Of a stretch of 64,000 bases of DNA, positions 9,186 to 17,624 are shown one piece after another. Position 1 is the stretch's first letter. Every line of letters starts with the position of its first letter. Position numbers and translations under genes: made by a program. The notes under the pieces are model-generated. The model saw only the letters and a program-made list of their open reading frames with translations, was not told where the DNA came from and ran no database searches. The stretch lies in IMG/VR virus record IMGVR_UViG_3300037258_000161, positions 1-64,000 of that record; one strand, given 5' to 3'. Source of the stretch: a virus.

Positions 9186-9694
9186 CCACCATCAAGGCAG
9201 GCGACGAGTTGCGAGCCGCCGCGAAACTGATGCGGGAGCGCGCCATGGCGGCGACACCCGGCCCGTGGGAGCGTCCGCTCGACACCCGGCACAAGAACGT
9301 CGTCATCGCTGCACTGCCCGAGGGTGAGCAAGGCTCATGGATCAGCGGCACGATCCCGGCCGAGTTCGCCAGCCATAGCGGCATCACCGGGCGCTACGCC
9401 GGGCAGCGGGAGCGCGTAAGTGTCGTGGAGGCGAACATCTGGTCGATCGGCGGCTTCACGCGCAAGCGCAGCGGCCGGGACCTGGACTACATCGCCAGCA
9501 TGAACCCTGTTGTCGCGCTGGCCGTCGCTGATTGGCTGGACAACGAGGCTGCGGCCACGGAACTGGTTGCTGCGGAAGGCCCTGCGATAGGACTACCGAC
9601 GCCTGCTGCGGTCAAGCTCGCCCGCGCCTACCTCGGCAAGCAGATCGAGGCTCCGGCCAAGGTAGCCACCACCTTCACCGAGCAGGAGGGCTAG
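9182..9694 (+). CDS. Ead/Ea22-like phage protein
   Basis: RAMAATPGPW ... DYIASMNPVVALAVADWL. Confidence 0.65.
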   Translation: MTTIKAGDELRAAAKLMRERAMAATPGPWERPLDTRHKNVVIAALPEGEQGSWISGTIPAEFASHSGITGRYAGQRERVSVVEANIWSIGGFTRKRSGRDLDYIASMNPVVALAVADWLDNEAAATELVAAEGPAIGLPTPAAVKLARAYLGKQIEAPAKVATTFTEQEG

Positions 9695-9696
9695 GC

Positions 9697-9885
9697 ATGG
9701 CCGCACCGTTGCTGTCCCCGCGCGAGTGGACTGAGCGCTGGACCGCACTCAAGGACCACCTCGGCACTCACCGGCAGGTCCGTCACGATCTTGCCCTGAA
9801 GTCCGGTGGCAGCAGTTACGACGAAGGCGTCATCCACGGCCTTGAAGTGGCGCTGGCCAAGATGGAAGAACTGGAGCAGTCATGA
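9697..9885 (+). CDS. hypothetical protein
   Basis: GGAGG SD, ATG at 9697. Confidence 0.55.
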   Translation: MAAPLLSPREWTERWTALKDHLGTHRQVRHDLALKSGGSSYDEGVIHGLEVALAKMEELEQS

Positions 9886-10163
9886 CCGATGCCGAGATGA
9901 TCCACGCCGGCGAAGTCGGGCCGGGCGCAGCCCTGCTGATCAGCGACAGCGGCGCATTCGTCCTGCGCAGCGGTGGCCACTCCACGGAACTGGACGCCGA
10001 CGCCCTCATCGCCGCGATTACCCGAGCAGGGCCACTGGCCGCACTCGTGGCCCGGTCGGCGACTCCCATCAGCGGGATGTCCGGCCCGGTTGAGCGGATG
10101 CTGGCGCGGTTCGGCTGCGAGCGCGTGGCTGGGACCCCTCCAGCAGGAGAGGGAGACCAGTGA
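9882..10163 (+). CDS. hypothetical protein
   Basis: ATGA-coupled. Confidence 0.5.
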   Translation: MTDAEMIHAGEVGPGAALLISDSGAFVLRSGGHSTELDADALIAAITRAGPLAALVARSATPISGMSGPVERMLARFGCERVAGTPPAGEGDQ

Positions 10164-10336
10164 GCGAGACCGAACTGCTGGCCGAGATCACCAGGCTTGC
10201 CGCCGAGCTGACCGCGATAGCAGGAGCCTCCCTCACGTTCACCGGGCGTGTCACCGTGCAGCCTTCACCGGAGGCACAGCGGGCCGCGGCGAGACTCCTG
10301 GCGGAGATCGGGCGCCAGGGAGAGGGGAAGCGCTAG
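10160..10336 (+). CDS. small hypothetical protein (not in ORF track)
   Basis: GTGA-coupled MSETELLAEITRL... Confidence 0.5.
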   Translation: MSETELLAEITRLAAELTAIAGASLTFTGRVTVQPSPEAQRAAARLLAEIGRQGEGKR

Positions 10337-10338
10337 CT

Positions 10339-10476
10339 ATGGACGTAGTGTTCGGGGCGCTCGACTGGATCGCGCTGCACTTGTTCCGGCGCCGTGTCCG
10401 GTGGCCCTGCTGGCTGCTGGACTGGGCCTGGTCGCGGCAGGCCACCCCGTACGTCGCAGGAGACGGGGAGCGGTGA
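10339..10476 (+). CDS. small Trp-rich protein
   Basis: SD GAGGGG; GTGA overlap downstream. Confidence 0.45.
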   Translation: MDVVFGALDWIALHLFRRRVRWPCWLLDWAWSRQATPYVAGDGER

Positions 10477-10676
10477 GCGAGGATGCAGCTCGCGGCCAGT
10501 GGAACCCGGAGAACCTGCCCGAGGTTGTTGTCCACCGTTGCCCTCCGGCGGGAAGCGGGGAAATGCCTTGCTGTGGCCGGACACCCATTGAGGTTCCGCT
10601 GCACCACAGGCTCACACTGGACCCCGGACTTGTCACCTGCCCGGGACGGGAAATCGGCATCGAGGGGGAGCAGTGA
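10473..10676 (+). CDS. small Cys-rich protein
   Basis: VHRCPP...PCCGRTP...VTC motif; coupled. Confidence 0.55.
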   Translation: MSEDAARGQWNPENLPEVVVHRCPPAGSGEMPCCGRTPIEVPLHHRLTLDPGLVTCPGREIGIEGEQ

Positions 10677-11110
10677 ACGGGACCCCGGCTGACCCTCTGG
10701 CCGCGTTCCTGGCCGACGCAGGGGAGCGGGAACGGGCCGCGACCAGGGCCCCGTGGCGGGCACACGACACCTGGCTTGAGTCCGGCGGTCACACGGCGAC
10801 AGTCCTGTCAGGCGAAGGTAACGCCACCGACCTGCGGGCATGGCTCCCGACCTTCGCAGGAGGCCTCGTGGCATGGGACGAGGGGCGCAACGCCTGGAAT
10901 GACGCCGCGTTCATCGCCGCGGCAAGGGCAGACGTCCCCCGTCTCCTCGCTGCGGTTGAGAAGGTGCTGGCACTCGCCGCCAAGCATGAGCACGGGGCCA
11001 CGCGTTGGGAGGACCCGCTGCCGGTGCCAACGTGGATCCCAGAACTACGCGAGGTCATCTCCCGCGAGCTCCTGGGTCCGGAAACCACTAGCACCGAGAT
11101 GGAAGGATGA
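10673..11110 (+). CDS. Ead/Ea22-like phage protein
   Basis: RAATRAPW ... NDAAFIAAARADVPRLL. Confidence 0.7.
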   Translation: MNGTPADPLAAFLADAGERERAATRAPWRAHDTWLESGGHTATVLSGEGNATDLRAWLPTFAGGLVAWDEGRNAWNDAAFIAAARADVPRLLAAVEKVLALAAKHEHGATRWEDPLPVPTWIPELREVISRELLGPETTSTEMEG

Positions 11111-11114
11111 GTAC

Positions 11115-12287
11115 GTGCAGCAACTGTCAAAGCGCCTCATGAACTGGGCTTCGATCCTGGAGGACAACACCCGGGAGCAGGCCGAGCGCACGTCTACGAT
11201 GCCGTTCATCTTCCCGCACGTGGCCCTGATGCCCGACGCTCACCTCGGCAAGGGCTGCAGCGTAGGGACAGTGGTCCCCACCCTCGGCGCGATCATGCCA
11301 GCTTGCGTTGGCGTCGATATCGGATGTGGGATGCAGGCCGTCCGTACCCAGTTCACGGCGGAGCGCGTACGGGAGCGCGGGAGCCTGGCTGCGCTGCGGG
11401 TGGCGATCGAGAACGCGATCCCACTGTCGGCCGGGAAGTACAACGAGACCCTGCGGGATGACCCGGGGACCGCAGCGCGCATCGCAGACCTTGAAGGCCA
11501 TGACGGTGCGGAGAGCGCCGAGCGGATCGCCCCGAACTGGCGGCTGCAGCTCGGCTCGCTCGGCAGCGGCAACCACTTCATCGAGATCAGCCTCGATGAG
11601 CAGGGCGACGTGTGGCTGTTCCTGCACTCCGGGTCGCGCGGGGTCGGGAACAAGCTTGCCGTCCGGCACATCAAGATCGCGCTTGAGCAGTGCCGCAAGC
11701 GGTGGATCTCGCTGCCCGATCCCGACCTGGCCTACCTGGTGCAGGGTGACCGGGAGTTCTGGGACTACATCCGTGACCTGCGGTGGGCGCAGAACTTCGC
11801 GCTGCTGAACCGCGCCGAGATGATGGACCGGGTCACGCAGTGCCTCGCTGAGTGGATGAACGAGCCGGTCACGGCACGGGAGACCGTCGCGTGCCACCAC
11901 AACTACACAGAACAAGAGCGCCACTTCGGGAAGGACGTGTGGCTGAGCCGCAAAGGCGCGATCGACGCGTCCGAGGGCACGCCCGGCCTGATCCCCGGCT
12001 CGATGGGCACCCGCTCCTACGTCGTGACCGGGAAGGGCGACCGTCTGGCGCTCAATTCCTCGCCGCACGGTGCCGGCCGCCAGCACTCCCGCTCCTCGGC
12101 GCGCAAGACCTTCACCCGGGCCGAGCTGGACGCGGCGATGGAGGGCATCGAGTGGCGGCAGACCGATGCCTTCCTGGATGAGATCCCGGGGGCCTACAAG
12201 CCGATCGATGTTGTGATGGAAGATGCGAGCGATCTTGTGGAGATCCGCCACACGCTGCGCCAGATCGTGAACGTGAAGGGCGACTAG
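11115..12287 (+). CDS. rtcB: RtcB-family RNA ligase
   Basis: PDAHLGKG, GVDIGCGM, GSLGSGNHF, LHSGSRG, HHN, RKGA, IPGSMG, SPHGAGR, DEIPGAYK all present. GTG start after GGAAGGA. Confidence 0.97.
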   Translation: MQQLSKRLMNWASILEDNTREQAERTSTMPFIFPHVALMPDAHLGKGCSVGTVVPTLGAIMPACVGVDIGCGMQAVRTQFTAERVRERGSLAALRVAIENAIPLSAGKYNETLRDDPGTAARIADLEGHDGAESAERIAPNWRLQLGSLGSGNHFIEISLDEQGDVWLFLHSGSRGVGNKLAVRHIKIALEQCRKRWISLPDPDLAYLVQGDREFWDYIRDLRWAQNFALLNRAEMMDRVTQCLAEWMNEPVTARETVACHHNYTEQERHFGKDVWLSRKGAIDASEGTPGLIPGSMGTRSYVVTGKGDRLALNSSPHGAGRQHSRSSARKTFTRAELDAAMEGIEWRQTDAFLDEIPGAYKPIDVVMEDASDLVEIRHTLRQIVNVKGD

Positions 12288-12299
12288 CGCTCCCGCTGT

Positions 12300-12305
12300 T
12301 ACGAT
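12300..12305 (+). promoter_or_regulatory. -10 box for the tRNA transcript
   Basis: TACGAT ~8 nt upstream of a 17-bp leader hairpin. Confidence 0.5.
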
Positions 12306-12395
12306 GGATACACCGGTCGGGAGGAGGCGCACCATGCGGGAACTGTCCGCCGCCAGCGCCTTCTCCCGACCGCGACCCTGACTGTGCTCTGCCAG

Positions 12396-12469
12396 CGGGG
12401 TGTGGGGAAGGTTGGTATCCCGCGTGATTTGGGATCACGAGATCGCCGGTTCGAATCCGGTCACCCCGA
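12396..12469 (+). tRNA. tRNA-Pro (UGG), no encoded CCA
   Basis: Acceptor CGGGGTG/CACCCCG + A; D-stem GGGA/TCCC; anticodon stem CGTGA/TCACG with loop TTTGGGA; T-arm GCCGG-TTCGAAT-CCGGT; followed by CGA. Confidence 0.95.
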
Positions 12470-12691
12470 CGAGTCCTCCAGGCGCCTGATCCCGGCCGGG
12501 TCGTAGAGGAACCATCCCTCCCGTCCCCCGACCGCTGACGACGCGTACCAGCGGATCCCCACACACCAGCGGCCATGACGGTCCCTGCGCTGGCCGATGA
12601 CCCGGGCATCCGCCCAGGTGCCGTCCTGGAGCAGCACCCCGGCATCGGAGTCCTCGAGCCTGGTACTGCCTTCCACGGCATCTGCGGGCAT
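12461..12691 (-). CDS. small beta-rich hypothetical protein
   Basis: DGTWADARVIGQRRD..GRWCVGIRWY...GWFLYD looks like a folded SH3-like protein. Its stop lies in the antisense of the tRNA 3' end. Confidence 0.55.
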   Translation of the reverse strand: MPADAVEGSTRLEDSDAGVLLQDGTWADARVIGQRRDRHGRWCVGIRWYASSAVGGREGWFLYDPAGIRRLEDSSG

Positions 12692-12732
12692 GGCGCGCTC
12701 AAGCTGGGGCTCGCGGGAGGGGTCGGAGATGG

Positions 12733-13416
12733 TCACCCGGTCCACATGGCCGAGCGCACCCGCAGCAGCCACGCCTCGGCCGCAGCCTCGTCCGGGTCGG
12801 CCGGGAGCGGCGTCCGGATGGTGTCGAAGTCATGCTCAGCCTCGGCCAGCAGCGCGCGGGCCGCGTCGAGATCCCCGGCCGCCACCTGCTCCCCGAACTC
12901 GAAGAACTCGGCCGGGTTGCCCAGCCGCACATGCAGTTCGCCGGTCCGGTACAGTTCCCGTCCCTGCACGACCAGCCGCTTGAGGTGCCTCGCGTGCTTT
13001 GCCGTGCGCTTCCTGGTGTCGGCCGAGAACGAGCCGTCGCCACGGTTTTCCAGCTTCCGGAATTGCTGGGTGGCATACCCGAGGTGCGCATCCCTGACCC
13101 GCTTCGCAGACAGCAGCAACGAGCGGATGCCCACCAGCTCGTCGCCGAGGGGAGTGCGGACCTCCCACGAGTCCAGCCACACCAGCTCCGTGACGGTCGG
13201 GTTGCCGCCCAGGGCGAGCGAGACCCACTTCCGGGCCTCGTGGCAGGTGGAGTCCGGGTGCGTGGTGACGTGCGATTCCTGCGGCTTGTGCAGGCCATGG
13301 AACGCCACCGTGGGCGCAGCGAAAACGCCCAGCCTGTCAACGTCGGACTCCGGCGTGGCCAGCCCGTAAGCGGTTGAGCCCACCACGCCTGCCAGCAGGA
13401 TCGTTCCCGGGATCAT
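12733..13416 (-). CDS. RlaP/YcgL-like Pol-beta nucleotidyltransferase
   Basis: GVVGSTAYGLATPESDVD, HEARK, GNPTVTELVW, KHARHL.RL; ATGA-coupled to the CCA enzyme gene. Confidence 0.88.
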   Translation of the reverse strand: MIPGTILLAGVVGSTAYGLATPESDVDRLGVFAAPTVAFHGLHKPQESHVTTHPDSTCHEARKWVSLALGGNPTVTELVWLDSWEVRTPLGDELVGIRSLLLSAKRVRDAHLGYATQQFRKLENRGDGSFSADTRKRTAKHARHLKRLVVQGRELYRTGELHVRLGNPAEFFEFGEQVAAGDLDAARALLAEAEHDFDTIRTPLPADPDEAAAEAWLLRVRSAMWTG

Positions 13417-14792
13417 GCGGCCTCCCTCCGTGCGGCGAACCATGCGAGCGCGCCGGCCTCGTCATCGAACTCCCCGGCATCCTGCGCCGCGAGGGCGGCA
13501 GCAAGAACCGGCTTAAACGCCGGGCCCGGGATCATCCCGGCAGCGATGAGGTGGTCTCCGGTCAGCAGCCCCTTCGCGGGCCGCTCGGTCACCCTGAGTC
13601 CTGCCGCGAGTTCCAGCCAGCGGGCAGCCGGGTTCGCTGCCTGCGGATCGCCGCGCCCGGCCCGGTCAGCGCCGCAGACGATCGCCAGCTCGGCCATCGT
13701 CGCGGGCACGAGCCGCCGCGCCAGCCTGCGCACGGCTGGCTTTGTCGGCCGCCCGGTGCAGCACATGTGCTCTTTCACTAGCGGGACAATGTGCGCGATC
13801 ACCCCCTCCGGGCAGGCGACCGAGCGGAGGAATGCCTGGGCCGGCCCAACCCCCGCCGTAGCGTGGCCCTGGGATGTGATCCGCCCCCCGGTCCGCTGGG
13901 TGTGCGTCACCTTGCCCAGGTCGTGCAGGAGTGCGCCCATGACGACCACGAAGCGGTCAGCGCCAGTCAGCCCTGCGTCGTCGGCCAGTCCCGCGGCCTG
14001 GTCCCCGGCCAGCCCGGAGTGGACGTGGACATCTCCCTCCGGGTGCCATGCCGGGTCCTGCTCGACTTCGTGCAGGGATGCGATCTGCGGGAAGTGCCGC
14101 TCCCATCCGGTGTCCGCCAGCACCGTGAGTGCGGCGCTGAGGTGCCTGCCCTTGGTGCCGATCTTCTCGAACTCCACCCAGACGCGCTCTACTGGCAGCT
14201 CGGCGTAGGAGTCCGCCAGTGAGCGGCAGAGCGCGGCGGTTTCCGGGGCGAGCGTGAAGCCGAACCGGGCGGCGAACTGCACTGCGCGCAGCACTCGCAG
14301 CGGATCCTCGGCGAACGCGGCAGACGTGTGCCGCAGGATTCCGGCCCGGATGTCAGCTGTGCCCCCGTGGCAATCGACAACCTCGCCGGTCTCCGGGTCG
14401 AGCAGGATCGCGTTCATCGTGAAGTCGCGCCGGGCGCTCGCCTCCGCGAAGCTGAGGCTCATGTCGGGGAAGACCTCGAAGCCGCGGTGACCGGTACTGA
14501 CCTTCCGCTCCCGGCGCGGGACGTTCACGTCGAGGTCAGTCTCCCCGGCGCGGATCTTGAGCACGCCGAAGCTCTTGCCGACCTCGTCCACCCGCCCGGC
14601 CTGGCTGAGAGCTTCCGCCACGGCGGCGAAGGTCAGGCCGTAGACCTCAATGTCGATGTCCTTGGCCGCGTGGCCCGCGCCGATGATGGCATCCCGGACG
14701 CACCCGCCGACGAGCATGGGCCGTCCGCCTGCGCCACGGATGGCGGCAAGGATGCGCCCCGTCTCAGGATCAAGGTGCGTGGTGATGGTCAC
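13413..14792 (-). CDS. cca: class II CCA-adding enzyme with HD phosphatase domain
   Basis: VGGCVRD..KDIDIEV, RRDFTMNA, EDPLRVLR, HPEGDV.VH...LLHDLGK, C-terminal GDHLIAAG..PGP.F..L. Confidence 0.92.
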   Translation of the reverse strand: MTITTHLDPETGRILAAIRGAGGRPMLVGGCVRDAIIGAGHAAKDIDIEVYGLTFAAVAEALSQAGRVDEVGKSFGVLKIRAGETDLDVNVPRRERKVSTGHRGFEVFPDMSLSFAEASARRDFTMNAILLDPETGEVVDCHGGTADIRAGILRHTSAAFAEDPLRVLRAVQFAARFGFTLAPETAALCRSLADSYAELPVERVWVEFEKIGTKGRHLSAALTVLADTGWERHFPQIASLHEVEQDPAWHPEGDVHVHSGLAGDQAAGLADDAGLTGADRFVVVMGALLHDLGKVTHTQRTGGRITSQGHATAGVGPAQAFLRSVACPEGVIAHIVPLVKEHMCCTGRPTKPAVRRLARRLVPATMAELAIVCGADRAGRGDPQAANPAARWLELAAGLRVTERPAKGLLTGDHLIAAGMIPGPAFKPVLAAALAAQDAGEFDDEAGALAWFAARREAA

Positions 14793-14821
14793 GGTAGGTG
14801 CTCTCTCGTTGGTGGAGGTGG

Positions 14822-15424
14822 TCACGGGGTCAGGAACAACTGGCCCTGCGCCCGGCAGTAGAGGTCCGTCAGCACTGCTTCCCATGTCGCCGCCGAGACG
14901 ATCGGGCCGCGGCCAAAGTGGGCTCCGAAGCCAAGGATGCTGGACACGCCCTCGCCTTCGAGGCAGCCGAGGGCGACCTTCAACTGCTCGTCCGAGAATG
15001 TGGCGAGCGCTTTGAGCATCTCCCTGCCCGGCCCGGTGTACGACTTCACTGCCTCGCGAAAGCTCGACGTGAAGAAGAGTTCTGTATGGTCTCCGGTTCG
15101 CGGATGGCCAGCCAGCCACTTCCACATGTACCGGGGGTCGATGGTGTCTGGGGCCGCCAGGTGGCACTCATGGCAGAGGAGCACCCTGTTAGCCGGGTCA
15201 TCATCGGACCCGCCGAGCGACTTGGGTATGACGTGCGCCCGGTCCAGCGAGATGCCGCGCTCCCATGAATGGTCGCGACCCCATGCCTGTGCGTCGTACT
15301 TGCCCCACGCTCCGCAGGCAAAGCAGTCCGGCTCGCCCCGGTCGATGCACGGAACGTAGTCCGTCCCCGGTATCCAGCGCCCGGCCCAGTAGGCGGCTAC
15401 TTCCGCGATTGTTGGCTCGCTCAT
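14822..15424 (-). CDS. HNH endonuclease
   Basis: CFACG ... RAHVIPKSLGGSDDDPANRVLLCHECH. Confidence 0.85.
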   Translation of the reverse strand: MSEPTIAEVAAYWAGRWIPGTDYVPCIDRGEPDCFACGAWGKYDAQAWGRDHSWERGISLDRAHVIPKSLGGSDDDPANRVLLCHECHLAAPDTIDPRYMWKWLAGHPRTGDHTELFFTSSFREAVKSYTGPGREMLKALATFSDEQLKVALGCLEGEGVSSILGFGAHFGRGPIVSAATWEAVLTDLYCRAQGQLFLTP

Positions 15425-16053
15425 GATTCCCCCTGTGTTGGTAGCGACGGCAGGTCCGCAGCTTCAAGCGCCGTGACGGCCTGCCCATTGGTCAGGTGGT
15501 CTAGGTAGCGCGCGGTCACGGCCACACTGGAATGACCCAGTAGCTTGCTGATGGTGGTCACGGTTTCCCCGGCTGCCTCAAGTTCGGCCGCGAAGGTGTG
15601 CCGCAGTCCGTGCGGGTGAACGCGTCGCTCAATGCCGGCCTTGGCGGCCATCCGCTTGAGCGCGTCCCGCACGTAGCGGTCGGACAGCTTGCCGCCGGCC
15701 AGCGTGCAGAACATCGGCCCGTTGCGGAGGCTGAGTCCGCGCCGGGTGTCGAGCCAGCGAGCCAGCGCGTCGTCGGCGCTTGGATGGAAGCCGCGAGTCT
15801 GGGGCTTGCCCGTCTTGGTGTCGAGCAGCCGGATGCTGTGCTTGGCCATGTCCACATCAGCCGGGCGCACCGCCAGAACTTCAGACACACGGAGACCGGA
15901 GCGGTAAAGCATGGTGATCATCGCGCGGTTGCGTATACCCGTTGGAGCCCGCATCGAGCACCCATGCAGGAGCATCGCCACCTCGGCCGGGCTAAGTAGC
16001 TCAGCGGGGAACTTCCGGTCCCAGTTCGGCGGATGCTGTCCTTTCTCTGCCAT
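15421..16053 (-). CDS. tyrosine recombinase, catalytic domain only (~210 aa)
   Basis: GLRVSE, TKTGK, HPHGLRH, LLGH, TARY: full R-K-H-R-H-Y set; no N-terminal core-binding domain. Confidence 0.9.
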   Translation of the reverse strand: MAEKGQHPPNWDRKFPAELLSPAEVAMLLHGCSMRAPTGIRNRAMITMLYRSGLRVSEVLAVRPADVDMAKHSIRLLDTKTGKPQTRGFHPSADDALARWLDTRRGLSLRNGPMFCTLAGGKLSDRYVRDALKRMAAKAGIERRVHPHGLRHTFAAELEAAGETVTTISKLLGHSSVAVTARYLDHLTNGQAVTALEAADLPSLPTQGES

Positions 16054-16074
16054 AGTGGCCCACCTGACGGCTTG

Positions 16075-16102
16075 AGTGTTGCCTTTGACTATTAGCAACA
16101 CT
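16075..16102. promoter_or_regulatory. candidate tyrosine-recombinase core site / operator (11-6-11 geometry)
   Basis: AGTGTTGC-N12-GCAACACT inverted repeat; extra half-site AGCAACATTAT at 16144-16154. Confidence 0.55.
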
Positions 16103-16162
16103 ATATAGCGGCCACATCCCGCTCACAGGCCGACACGCGCAGAAGCAACATTATTCTGAACG

Positions 16163-17560
16163 TCAGCGCCACTCGTACAAGATCGCGCTCCGATCGAAAT
16201 ACCGGCCGTCCTGCATCGGCCCCCTCGGCCGTCCCCGCTGCGGCATGATCCACACCCAGGCGAACACGTCCCCGACGATGGCCCGCTGCCGCCCGATGTC
16301 CAGCCCGGCGAGCCACCCGCGGATCTCCTCCGCCGAGGCGGGCATCCCCGACAGCGGCGACGCCCCGGCAGCCGCAGCGAGCCGGGCGTTGAGCGCGGCG
16401 ATCTCCCGGTCCGCCCTTGCGGTCCCGGCCGCGAGCTGCCGCCTGTCGATGATCCCGGCGACCTTGTCCTCCACGAGGTCGTCCTTGGCCTTGCGCCAGG
16501 AGATCACCTGCGCCGCGATGGCGTCAGTGTCGGGCAGTTCCCTTCCCCTCGGTGCCGCCTGCTGCCCGTCCCGTGCGAGCCGCGTGGCCATCAGGTCGCG
16601 GATCCACTCGTCCACGGGGGAGCAGGTGCGGGAGACGTGCCCGGTGCAGCGGTAGACGGTGCGCCGGTCCCCGTGGTGGGTGTGCAGGAGGCCCTGGCAG
16701 ATGCCGCACTGGAACAGGCTCCCGCCGAGCCACCTGCGTTCCGGTCCCGGGGTGGTGCGGCGTGACGGGTCACCCAGGATGGCCTGGAGGCCGCGGAACA
16801 GGGTCACGTCGATGACGGCCGGCCACTGGCCCGTGACTCCCTCGGCCCCCTGCCAGACGTTGATGCCGGCGTTGCGTGGCCGCAGGAGGGTCCGCCTGAC
16901 CATGGGCGCGGTCCAGGTGCCGCCCCGCGAGCCTGTCACCCCGGCCGCGGTCCAGCGCTTGGCGATGGCCAGCAGCGGCGTGCCGCTGAGCACAGCGCTG
17001 GAGGCGTCGCGGAGGAGCTGCGCCTCGGACTCGCGGATGACCAGCCCGCCCCCGGTGCGCTCGTACCCGAACGGCCTGGGACCCCCGGACCAGATGCCCG
17101 CCGCTGCCTGCTCGGCCTTGAGGGCGAGGATGCGCTCGGTGAGGTGGTCCACCTCGTAGGCGGCGTCGGTGGCGTCGTTGCGCAGGCGCTTGCGCCCCGT
17201 GGCGGTGGAGAGGTCATAGGAGCCGCCCCGGGGAGTCTCCACCAGGTGCCTGCCGGCGGCGCAGACGCGGATGAGTTCCTCGGTGTCATCGGCGTTGCGG
17301 ATGAGCCGGTCGGCGTGCCAGGCGGCGACACCGAGTCCGGGTGTGGCGCGGAGGGCGGCGAGCATGTCGTCGAATCCCTCGCGCTCGGGCCGCGCTCCGC
17401 CTACCTTGCGGTATGCGGTCCGGTCGGTGTCGGTGTACTCGCCGAGGACTTTCGCGCCGAGGCTGCCGAGGTAGCCGGCGGTGACGGTGCGCTGGCGTGC
17501 AACGCCGGCGCGGCCTTTGCTCTTGCGGAGGTAGAGCACGTACCCGCGTGGCTCGTCCAT
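16163..17560 (-). CDS. large serine recombinase (integrase)
   Basis: YLRKS catalytic motif, DRLIRN, GGPRPFGY recombinase domain, CGIC...YRC Zn ribbon, coiled coil. Confidence 0.92.
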   Translation of the reverse strand: MDEPRGYVLYLRKSKGRAGVARQRTVTAGYLGSLGAKVLGEYTDTDRTAYRKVGGARPEREGFDDMLAALRATPGLGVAAWHADRLIRNADDTEELIRVCAAGRHLVETPRGGSYDLSTATGRKRLRNDATDAAYEVDHLTERILALKAEQAAAGIWSGGPRPFGYERTGGGLVIRESEAQLLRDASSAVLSGTPLLAIAKRWTAAGVTGSRGGTWTAPMVRRTLLRPRNAGINVWQGAEGVTGQWPAVIDVTLFRGLQAILGDPSRRTTPGPERRWLGGSLFQCGICQGLLHTHHGDRRTVYRCTGHVSRTCSPVDEWIRDLMATRLARDGQQAAPRGRELPDTDAIAAQVISWRKAKDDLVEDKVAGIIDRRQLAAGTARADREIAALNARLAAAAGASPLSGMPASAEEIRGWLAGLDIGRQRAIVGDVFAWVWIMPQRGRPRGPMQDGRYFDRSAILYEWR

Positions 17561-17624
17561 GGACAGAGAGGCTATACCCATCCATCGCGCACTCTATTGC
17601 CTAAAATGGACTCCGAACGCCGCG

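Noticed and set aside
10776-11114. N-terminal extensions in the ORF track (RtcB from 10776, primase from 141, CCA from 15167, endolysin from 22768, spike from 28422)
   Set aside because: They overlap upstream genes; better coupled or SD-supported starts lie downstream.
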